From positions 43,771 through 107,770 of IMG/VR virus record IMGVR_UViG_3300033273_000460: a stretch of 64,000 bases of DNA; one strand, 5' to 3'. Made by a program: the position numbers and the translations under genes. Shown here piece after piece: positions 56,616 to 63,952 of the stretch (its first letter is position 1; each line of letters begins with the position of its first letter). Under the pieces are notes generated by a model. The model saw only the letters and a program-made list of their open reading frames with translations. It made no database searches and had not been told where the DNA came from. The stretch comes from a virus.

Positions 56616-58920
56616 GTTTGATGTTTTCTACACAGGTTCTAAGCCAAATTTGTTTGCTCACGAGCAACCTGCTGATTCAATTGAAGCAGCACGACAGCAA
56701 AGTCGCACTGAATACTGTTGGTATTTATGTGGCCAAAATGACTACACAAATTTTCGCTTTGACATGGTGCCTCCACACTGGGAGCATGATCATGTGTACA
56801 CCTGGCCCAGTCAATGGCAACAAGATGGACAAGTGTATCTAACACCCAAACACAATCCAGGTCCTTTACACTACATGAAAGATCAAATGGTAACTAGATT
56901 GCCATGTGAAGATAACTGGCAAATACCTTTGAACATTGACACTGATGCATTTGATTTTAGTTGGCATCCAAACCCAAGTGAAAATTACATTCATGTTTTT
57001 GGAACACAATGGCAACCAGATGGAGGTCCTGAGTATCACACACCGGGTGCCAATGAAATCAAGTACGAAAGTGTACAAAGATCAACAGCGTTAGAAAATT
57101 TAGATCATTGGCGTGTACCTGACAATGCTGATGTTGATGAGTTTGATTTTAGCTGGCACCCTCGAAAGTCAGACATTTACGTTCATGTTTTTGGTAGTAA
57201 ATGGGCAAGACAGGGAGGCCCTGAATATCACACACCTGGTGCTAATGAAATAAAATATGAAAATGCACAAACTGTAAAAAGTAAAATTACCTGCGACGTT
57301 TTTGTTGTAGACCAGTTTAACAAAAACAACAACAAAAGTTTTGACACAGTAAAGACACAAGATGAAAATGCTCGCAAAATTAGAGGTGTAGGCAACTGGG
57401 CCAGCATTATTAAAAAGGCTTGCGAAAACTCTACCAGTGACTTTGTATGGATAGTCAGCAGTGATTATGACTACACAGACTTTGACTTTGGGTGGTATCC
57501 AGAAACTTGGCAAAGCAACATGATACATGTGTTTGGCAGCAAGTTTCAGAAATGGGCCAATGTGTTCCGTGTGCCGCGTTGGGAGTTTCTACGACTGGCA
57601 CCTTGGTTTGAAGATGTAAAAGACTTTCCAGAACTAAACTTTGTTGAGGATCAAACAGTAGAATTGTTTGACGACAACAGAGAAATTGTGTATGTAGACT
57701 TTGGCAATGGCATAGACTTTGCACCTGATTTGGATCACAAAACCACACGCTTCTTTAGCACTTGGTTAGAAACACTTGGTCGCATATGCGAACGCACTGA
57801 CAGCGAGTACATATGGGTTGCAAGCAGTATTTGTGACTATACAAACTTTGACTTTGGATGGGAACCAGAACCGTGGCAGCAAGACATGCTGCATGTGTTT
57901 GCCAGCAATGATCAAAGAGAAGGTGATACATTTTTGGTGCCTGTACAGCGTTTTAAGCAGCAACAGCAACGTCTAGAACTTCTAGGCTGGTTTGACACTG
58001 TAAACTATGTAGAAGGCATTACTGTACCTGCATACAGCTGGCCTGTTGCAGCAAGTGTACACGCTATAACAACAGTCTATGCTTGGTTACTGCGTAATGG
58101 CACACAGACTGTAGACTATACGCCTAGTTTTTGGAAAAAGCCTGATTTACATGTCTTGAACACAAGCGGAAGTGTATCGTTATGCCCAAGAGACAGTAAA
58201 ACACATTTTAAAGAGCAAATGTATGATTACCCATACATATTGCGTCATAATCGCAAAGATATACCAGAAAAAATACTGGATGTTGTATATGTTTCAAACG
58301 GCGAAAAAAATGCCAATTTAAATTGGGAAAGACTTCAAAAACTGTGCCCACGAGCCAAAAGAATTGATGGTGTTAATGGCAGAGCACAAGCATATAAAGC
58401 ATGTGCAGAAGTAAGCGAGACTGAATGGTTTTTAAATGTGTTTGCTAAATGTTGGGTGCACGATGACTTTGACTTTAACTGGCAACCTGATTATCTGCAA
58501 AGCGACAAGCATTATATTTTTAATGCTCATAACACTGTGACCGGATTAACATATGGACACATGGGAATTATTGCTTATCACAAACGATTGGTTTTAGATT
58601 GTGAAACTTGGGGGTTAGACTTTACACTCAGTATGCCACACACTAGTGTACCTATAACAGCAAGCACTGCTGACTATGCAACCACTCCTTATGAAACTTG
58701 GCGCACTGCATTTCGCGAAGCAGTTAAATTAACGCAACAACAAGATCCACAAAGCCAATACAGATTAAATGCATGGCTTAATGTTGGGAATGGAGAGTTT
58801 GGAGAATGGAGTATGAGCGGTGCTCGTGATGCTGTAGACTTTGTAGCTACAGGACAAGATTTACAATTAAGTTTTGAATGGGCTTGGCTCAAAGAAACTT
58901 TTGACAGCCTCTATAACTAA
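56614..58920 (+). CDS. Multi-domain protein made of tandem degenerate GT-A-like modules
   Basis: Recurring S.T...W / FDF.W.P..W....HVF modules; C-terminal domain (RIDGVNGRAQAYKAC, TWRTAFREAVKL) is paralogous to 36300. Confidence 0.6.
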   Translation: MFDVFYTGSKPNLFAHEQPADSIEAARQQSRTEYCWYLCGQNDYTNFRFDMVPPHWEHDHVYTWPSQWQQDGQVYLTPKHNPGPLHYMKDQMVTRLPCEDNWQIPLNIDTDAFDFSWHPNPSENYIHVFGTQWQPDGGPEYHTPGANEIKYESVQRSTALENLDHWRVPDNADVDEFDFSWHPRKSDIYVHVFGSKWARQGGPEYHTPGANEIKYENAQTVKSKITCDVFVVDQFNKNNNKSFDTVKTQDENARKIRGVGNWASIIKKACENSTSDFVWIVSSDYDYTDFDFGWYPETWQSNMIHVFGSKFQKWANVFRVPRWEFLRLAPWFEDVKDFPELNFVEDQTVELFDDNREIVYVDFGNGIDFAPDLDHKTTRFFSTWLETLGRICERTDSEYIWVASSICDYTNFDFGWEPEPWQQDMLHVFASNDQREGDTFLVPVQRFKQQQQRLELLGWFDTVNYVEGITVPAYSWPVAASVHAITTVYAWLLRNGTQTVDYTPSFWKKPDLHVLNTSGSVSLCPRDSKTHFKEQMYDYPYILRHNRKDIPEKILDVVYVSNGEKNANLNWERLQKLCPRAKRIDGVNGRAQAYKACAEVSETEWFLNVFAKCWVHDDFDFNWQPDYLQSDKHYIFNAHNTVTGLTYGHMGIIAYHKRLVLDCETWGLDFTLSMPHTSVPITASTADYATTPYETWRTAFREAVKLTQQQDPQSQYRLNAWLNVGNGEFGEWSMSGARDAVDFVATGQDLQLSFEWAWLKETFDSLYN
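56917..57261 (+). repeat. Intragenic tandem duplication with a 192-nt (64-aa) period
   Basis: W..P.N.D...FDFSWHP....Y.HVFG..W...GGPEYHTPGANEIKYE occurs twice (56917-57069 and 57109-57261); differences in the conserved core are synonymous. Confidence 0.9.
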
Positions 58921-59847
58921 TTCAACTTCTAAATCTGTGGTGTAACTGTCACATGGTAATTGTAAAAAGCGTTCACAGTTGCTTTGCGCCTGCGGCATTT
59001 CAAACAATGGCTTTGCATATGCACGTTTTGTTTGAATAAGATTGTTTGTTAAATGTGTTTCTAGTTCTGCACGTTGATCAGTAGCAATAATAAATTTACT
59101 AACCATTCCTGTAACATCTGTGACGATTTCTACATAGTGTCTTAATTCTTCTATGTATTGTTCTGCAATTTCTCTACGGTGTTTGGTCCAATCGTCAAAG
59201 TGGTCTAGTTTTACTAAACACTCTGCACAGTCGCGTTCGCTCATAATGCTGTTACCGCCTGTGTGTTTGTTTACAACACCGTGCCGTCTCAACTGTCTAA
59301 CACTATGTGCAAGGTCTTCGTCGTTGGTAACAACTGCTCCGCCATTGCCAAAGTTTGGTAAACTTTTTGTAGGATCAAAACTATAACTAGCAAATACACC
59401 TTGTAGAGGTAATCCAAAGTGTTGTGCACCATCTTCGTAGATAGGTACTGTGGTATCTAATTCACTATTGTTTCCAAAAAGTCCAACCCAAACAGCACTG
59501 TGTGTTACACTCTTCCATTCTATACAACCTTTTGAATCAACATCACAAGGTATGATGTTTGTACCTGCTCGGGTGCAACTGTTAGGTGTTGCTACAAAAC
59601 TTTGCGCAGGAACACATACACTTTTTTCTCCAGTAGCTTGCAATCCATACATTAGTGCATCACTACCACTGCCCACAACAACGCAGTGACTTGCGCCACT
59701 GCGTTCTGCTAATGCTTCCTCAAAATGTTTTGTAAAATTTCCTAGCATAACTTGACCGCTGTTTAACACAGCCTGTTGCACAGCATCAAGTTTTTGATAG
59801 AGTTCTTTGTTCAATCTGTTGAGATTGGTTAGGTTTATTTTATTCAT
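58867..59847 (-). CDS. DegT/DnrJ/EryC1/StrS-family PLP aminotransferase (NDP-aminosugar synthesis)
   Basis: GSGSDAL, SFVAT, YEDGAQHFG, SYSFDPTKSLPNFGNGGAV, LRRHG. Confidence 0.9.
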   Translation of the reverse strand: MNKINLTNLNRLNKELYQKLDAVQQAVLNSGQVMLGNFTKHFEEALAERSGASHCVVVGSGSDALMYGLQATGEKSVCVPAQSFVATPNSCTRAGTNIIPCDVDSKGCIEWKSVTHSAVWVGLFGNNSELDTTVPIYEDGAQHFGLPLQGVFASYSFDPTKSLPNFGNGGAVVTNDEDLAHSVRQLRRHGVVNKHTGGNSIMSERDCAECLVKLDHFDDWTKHRREIAEQYIEELRHYVEIVTDVTGMVSKFIIATDQRAELETHLTNNLIQTKRAYAKPLFEMPQAQSNCERFLQLPCDSYTTDLEVELVIEAVKSFFEPSPFKT

Positions 59848-59853
59848 TAATGA

Positions 59854-60507
59854 TTATAGAGATTCTGCTAGTGGAAATATTTCTGCAATCACTTTGGCGC
59901 AAGCATGAGCAATTTCCATGTGCTCTTTTTGGGTGCCGTTAGCACCTCTTAATTCAATGTAGTGTACCCATGAACGAAGTGTGCCGTTCATGTATAGTCT
60001 TGTTTTTGTACAACCTTCGGGTAAAACCGCACGAGCCTGTTCTTTGGCAATGCCATTTTCAATAGCCCATTCATAAACTTCTTGAGCTTTGTCAATAACT
60101 TCTTGTTGCTTGTCTTCCCAATCGTGGATAAGTCCAACATTGTCTGTTTCAATTGAATTTTGTCTGTTGCTTGGATCTTGTAAACGTGCTTCACGTGTGA
60201 CAAATTGATCACCCATAGCAGCAGGATCCGCATAACGCTGACTAAATTCTTGGAAAGCAAAACTTCTGTGTCTAACTATCTGATGTGCAATATCTCTAGT
60301 GGTATCAATTTGTAGACACACATTTACCATTTCCAGTGGTGACCAGTGAGCATGTTTGATAAGGTGCCGTATCAATTTCTCACTGGTTTCGCTGTTCATT
60401 TGATTTGCAGGGTTACTTACTCTAGCACAATACGCAATAAGTTCTTGACAGTTGTCAAGTTTCATATCTGGATTTGCTACACTGTGCGAAATAAGTTTTA
60501 CCTGCAT
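59854..60507 (-). CDS. thyX: Flavin-dependent thymidylate synthase
   Basis: HWSPLE, RHRSFAFQEFSQRY (RHRx7S), EQARAVLP, NGTLRSWVHY, TQKEH. Confidence 0.96.
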   Translation of the reverse strand: MQVKLISHSVANPDMKLDNCQELIAYCARVSNPANQMNSETSEKLIRHLIKHAHWSPLEMVNVCLQIDTTRDIAHQIVRHRSFAFQEFSQRYADPAAMGDQFVTREARLQDPSNRQNSIETDNVGLIHDWEDKQQEVIDKAQEVYEWAIENGIAKEQARAVLPEGCTKTRLYMNGTLRSWVHYIELRGANGTQKEHMEIAHACAKVIAEIFPLAESL

Positions 60508-61145
60508 TACATCACCACTGCTTTAGACTTTGCAGGCCGCCCACGCTTTTTAGGAGCAACACTTGGATCAAGTTCACTTGCTTCTTCCATAAGCCTTTGC
60601 ACTTCTGCTTCTAGTCCAGTTATTTGTGCTCGCATTTGCTCTGCTTGTGTTACAAGGTTGCGAGCAATGTCTGCATCACTTAGTACACCAGCACCTGATG
60701 CTTGTTGTGCTGCTTGGATACCTGCAGCCTTCTTTTGTGGGTCTGCAAGTCCAGCATTGGCATCAAGATCCGCAAGTTTAGCAGCAGCTTCGCCACCGGT
60801 GTCTAAGTCACGGATGATTTGATTGATCTCACTCAACTGCACACCTGGGTTATTTGGACGTGGAATCATAATCACATCTTGTGTGCGAACTTTCTTCATC
60901 CAGCCTTCTTGGTGGATTGCGTTTAGCAACACACGACCATCTGTTCCTGTTACTCGAGCAAGTGCATCAGCAAGATCTTTTGCATTTTGTCCTGCATCAC
61001 TTTGCAAGCAGTTCATAATATCGTCGTGGAAGTGTGTGGGCAAGTTGTCTGGGTATACCACAAGACACATGTGATCCTCACCTGGCACTTCACGGAAGAC
61101 CACAACAACTCGCTTGTCGTTTTGTCTACCAACATGTTTAATCAT
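60507..61145 (-). CDS. Conserved phage hypothetical protein
   Basis: MIKHVGR..VVVVFREVPGE..CLVV; coiled-coil C-terminus ending KKRGRP; coupled to thyX. Confidence 0.75.
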   Translation of the reverse strand: MIKHVGRQNDKRVVVVFREVPGEDHMCLVVYPDNLPTHFHDDIMNCLQSDAGQNAKDLADALARVTGTDGRVLLNAIHQEGWMKKVRTQDVIMIPRPNNPGVQLSEINQIIRDLDTGGEAAAKLADLDANAGLADPQKKAAGIQAAQQASGAGVLSDADIARNLVTQAEQMRAQITGLEAEVQRLMEEASELDPSVAPKKRGRPAKSKAVVM

Positions 61146-61395
61146 CAGTTTCTCCTTCTGCAGGTGCTTCTTCTTCAGCTTCGGGTTGTGGCACTTCTAC
61201 TGCGCCATTTGCTACCAAGAAGGTCATTAGATTGTTGTACAGCACACCTACAGCTTGCATTTCATTGGCTTTGATAGCACCGCGGCTGCTAACAACTTCA
61301 ATGATGTTGGCCATAAGTTTTAGATCATTTACACCCAATGAAGGTGCAGACACTTCCTGTTGTTCTTCTACAGGTGCTTGGGTGTCTTCGGACAT
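61138..61395 (-). CDS. Small acidic hypothetical protein
   Basis: Strong SD AAGGAGA; core LGVNDLKLM..IIEVVSSRGAIKANEM. Confidence 0.8.
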   Translation of the reverse strand: MSEDTQAPVEEQQEVSAPSLGVNDLKLMANIIEVVSSRGAIKANEMQAVGVLYNNLMTFLVANGAVEVPQPEAEEEAPAEGETDD

Positions 61396-61424
61396 TCGAA
61401 TCTCCTTGTTAATTGATAAGTTAT

Positions 61425-61454
61425 ATTATACGGTAAATTGTATAGCAGTGTCAA
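61425..61454 (-). promoter_or_regulatory. sigma70-like promoter TTGACA-18-TATAAT for the 61395-thyX-degT operon
   Basis: Minus strand reads TTGACA ctgctatacaatttaccg TATAAT. Confidence 0.7.
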
Positions 61455-61470
61455 TAATAATATGCTATTA

Positions 61471-61854
61471 TTATTTATAAAATCTTTTAGGGTTGGTAAA
61501 TTCTTTTAATTGCTTGGGATCAAACATTGCCCCCTGACCATAACCAATAATACATGCTTCGGTGTATTCATAATTAATTTCAAGCACTGCCCATTGATTA
61601 GTTTGTAGGTTAACAGATAGGTATACATACACAGGTATTGGTTTATCAGTGTTTACACTGTTTGCTGTACCCAATCCACCAAACGCTGTTGACATTTCCA
61701 CTGCTTGCATTTCTGCAAGCACATCATAAACAGGTCCGCACTGAATTGGCTTCATAGACCATTCTTGTTGCTCTGGTTGAGATAATACACTTTTTCCAGT
61801 AAATAAACCGCCTAAAAAGGCTAACCAACATAGTAGGAAAAACCACTTTGGCAT
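61471..61854 (-). CDS. Exported/membrane-anchored hypothetical protein
   Basis: Hydrophobic N-terminus (WFFLLCWLAFLGGLF) and a Cys pair (KPIQCG, EACIIG). Confidence 0.7.
   Translation of the reverse strand: MPKWFFLLCWLAFLGGLFTGKSVLSQPEQQEWSMKPIQCGPVYDVLAEMQAVEMSTAFGGLGTANSVNTDKPIPVYVYLSVNLQTNQWAVLEINYEYTEACIIGYGQGAMFDPKQLKEFTNPKRFYK
61472..61479 (-). promoter_or_regulatory. Late promoter TATAAATA upstream of the same operon
   Basis: Exact consensus overlapping the stop codon of 61471..61854. Confidence 0.5.
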
Positions 61855-61874
61855 TTGGTTCCCCTTTGCATAGT

Positions 61875-61881
61875 TATTTAT
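61875..61881 (-). promoter_or_regulatory. Late promoter ATAAATA before 61854
   Basis: Minus strand reads gcATAAATAactatgcaaaggggaaccaaATG. Confidence 0.5.
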
Positions 61882-63167
61882 GCCTTTGCGTCGTAGTAGG
61901 CATGATTGCCAAAGGGTGGAGTTATGTCTTCACTGCCGTGTATGATAAACACAGTGTCGCAGTAGTGTTCATCGCCCCATGAGTCCCATGGTAAGCCATC
62001 TGTAAACATCACAAACCGTTCAGGCATGATGTCATTTTGTTCCATGAACTTCCAGTTGCACATAAAGTCTGTGCCGCCACCACCTTTGATGTCATAGGTG
62101 TCAATGTCGTCAATGTTGGTGTTGTCAAACTCTGCATATGAATAAACATCTGTATCAAAGCACCACAGTCTAACTTTGAAGTCTGTAAACTGTTGCATGA
62201 TACCTTTTACTTCACTGAGCATGTCTCTGCCCATTGCATCACTGATGCTTCCGCTCATGTCCATTGCAATAGCAACATCAATGGTTTGTTCAGGAATCAT
62301 ACCAGGCAGTATGCAGTTTGTTTGTGCTTGTTTGCGGCTACGACGTTGGAAACTGTAGTCGCTTTTAACAGTGCTTTCAATGCTCATGCTCAACAGTTCA
62401 CGCCAGTCCATCTTAGGCTCTGTTAGTTCCTGCACAATGCGTTTGACACCTGCAGGCAAGTTGCCAGCACCAGACTGTTTTGCACTGTTGATAAGACTTT
62501 CCTTGATCTCATCTTTGATCTTTTTGCGCTCTTCTTCGCTGTACTTTGGACGAGACTTTGATTTTAGGTTACCGTTTTCGTCTTCTTCTGGTTCTCCACT
62601 ACCACCACCTTCGTTTTCTTGGTTGTCTAAGTGTTCGTCTACAAGCATTTCTGCAAGTTTATCAATGTCAATCTTTTCTGCATTATCAAACAAGTAGTCA
62701 TACACTTCATCGCTTGACCAACCATCAAACTTGCGATCGTACAGTGCAGGCACAGTTTTGATAAGTTCGCCAATGTTATTGACCACAAGGTCTCTGTTTA
62801 TCACATAGTCTTGTGCAATGTTGCTGAGTGTAGGATTTCTCTTGAGCAGTTTAGTGGCTGCAATATGATCATACACATTGTGTAGCACTTCATGTCCAAA
62901 CAAAAACTCACACTCTTTTTCACGCAGCATGTTGATGAACTTGCTGTTATAGTAGAAGTAACGACCATCTGTTGCTGCTGTAGGGCACCAAGCATCAGCA
63001 TTTACAATAGGCAAACGTGTGGCCATGTTGCCAAAGAATGTTGCTTTGAGTAGTAGTGCAACACGAGCAGTGGTCAATTTCTCGCGAGCCTGTGCATCTT
63101 CTTCTGGCACAGTCTCAAAACCAACTGGAATGTCTACATCTTTGTTGCTTTGCTTTGTAGTAGTCAC
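61878..63167 (-). CDS. Putative metallopeptidase + VWA-like domain protein (DUF2201-like)
   Basis: TAATDG, HEVLH (HExxH), DMSGSIS (MIDAS DxSxS), GGGGTDF, FTDG; AAGGAG SD before GTG. Confidence 0.85.
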   Translation of the reverse strand: MTTTKQSNKDVDIPVGFETVPEEDAQAREKLTTARVALLLKATFFGNMATRLPIVNADAWCPTAATDGRYFYYNSKFINMLREKECEFLFGHEVLHNVYDHIAATKLLKRNPTLSNIAQDYVINRDLVVNNIGELIKTVPALYDRKFDGWSSDEVYDYLFDNAEKIDIDKLAEMLVDEHLDNQENEGGGSGEPEEDENGNLKSKSRPKYSEEERKKIKDEIKESLINSAKQSGAGNLPAGVKRIVQELTEPKMDWRELLSMSIESTVKSDYSFQRRSRKQAQTNCILPGMIPEQTIDVAIAMDMSGSISDAMGRDMLSEVKGIMQQFTDFKVRLWCFDTDVYSYAEFDNTNIDDIDTYDIKGGGGTDFMCNWKFMEQNDIMPERFVMFTDGLPWDSWGDEHYCDTVFIIHGSEDITPPFGNHAYYDAKA

Positions 63168-63193
63168 AGCCGTTACTCCTTACCTACAATACT

Positions 63194-63221
63194 AATATAC
63201 ACTATTCTGTATATGTGTCAA
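63194..63221 (-). promoter_or_regulatory. Possible sigma70 promoter TTGACA-16-TATATT for the VWA gene
   Basis: Minus strand reads TTGACA catatacagaatagtg TATATT. Confidence 0.45.
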
Positions 63222-63531
63222 CCAATTTAATCTGATTATTGTATGTATTTTCTATTTCCCAATTGATCCAGCTTAGTACTTGTTCATGCGGAACATCTTC
63301 GTTTATCCATTCGTACTTGCCTGTGCCTGTTGCAAACAAATGATTCCAAAATTCACCTTTGATACGATCTTCTAAATCTTCAATGTGGTTTGCAGGACCT
63401 TCGTAAACGCAGTCAAAGCGGACTTCATGTCCGCAATGACCTTCATATTTGCGTTTACGGTTTTCTACACGACTGGTAATTCCAAAACATGTTTTACCAA
63501 TGTGATTGTGCCATATGTACAAGTACCTCAT
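63202..63531 (-). CDS. GIY-YIG/T5orf172-like small nuclease-fold protein
   Basis: YLYIW....TCFGIT...ENRKRKY...EDLE..IK...KYEWI pattern. Confidence 0.5.
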   Translation of the reverse strand: MRYLYIWHNHIGKTCFGITSRVENRKRKYEGHCGHEVRFDCVYEGPANHIEDLEDRIKGEFWNHLFATGTGKYEWINEDVPHEQVLSWINWEIENTYNNQIKLVDTYTE

Positions 63532-63533
63532 GT

Positions 63534-63821
63534 TTAGATACCATTGTACTGGTTGATGTACTTGTCTGGCATAACTGGAAAGTTTTTATTATTAGTATTG
63601 CACCAGTTAAAGAAGTCTATGATTAATACAGCCTGTAAACAGTTGTCGCTCCAACTCTTTGCCAAGTTGTTTGTCTTTTGGAAGTTTTCTAAACGACTCT
63701 TGCAAGTCTTATGAAACTTACCGGGTGAAGCATAAGTTTTTTTGAAAAACTCAATCAGTGCTTCTTGCCACTCACGTGTAATAGTTACTTTTTGTTCTCT
63801 TGCGAGTGCTGTTACTCCCAC
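63534..63821 (-). CDS. Hypothetical protein, possibly a truncated C-terminal fragment
   Basis: GTG start immediately preceded by an in-frame TGA, with no clear SD; abuts the structured non-coding segment. Confidence 0.45.
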   Translation of the reverse strand: MGVTALAREQKVTITREWQEALIEFFKKTYASPGKFHKTCKSRLENFQKTNNLAKSWSDNCLQAVLIIDFFNWCNTNNKNFPVMPDKYINQYNGI

Positions 63822-63952
63822 TCAATAGTTGCGGTGATGTAAAGCATTGATTTATATAGCATTTAATATCCCTTTTCTAACAAGTTTCTAACTATTCCCT
63901 TCGTTTGTGCGTACGAAGGGAACTATTGAAACTCAATAGTATCAATGCGTTA
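63820..63952. other. Structured non-coding segment resembling a tyrosine-recombinase attachment site
   Basis: 10-bp inverted repeat TTCCCTTCGT/ACGAAGGGAA around an 8-bp spacer (63895-63922); TTTCTAAC direct repeats (63874, 63885); two WATCAANNNNTTR matches (63840-63852 minus, 63940-63952 plus); ACTCAATAGT twice (63820, 63931). Confidence 0.4.

Noticed and set aside
56917-57261. 192-nt repeat as a possible diversity-generating retroelement TR/VR pair
   Set aside because: Differences in the conserved core are synonymous third-position changes, not adenine-specific; both copies are in frame in one gene; no reverse transcriptase in the window.
33804-59847. Calling the cluster a RiPP or DNA-hypermodification pathway
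   Set aside because: No PqqD/RRE domain, peptidase or exporter was recognised, and no dNMP hydroxymethylase, intact TET/JBP or deazaguanine genes were seen. Sugar enzymes dominate. Neither option is excluded, but neither is supported well enough to call.
35576-63001. Short alternative-frame ORFs inside the enzyme cluster and right arm (e.g. 49130..49564, 51625..52056, 60346..60822)
   Set aside because: Overlap clearly identified genes such as glyA, thyX and the radical SAM genes; no independent support.
63904-63925. Minus-strand TTCCCTTCGTACGCAC as a tRNA 3' end
   Set aside because: Only loosely similar; lacks the GTTCRA T-loop and CCA, so it is not called as tRNA. Kept only as part of the att-like observation.
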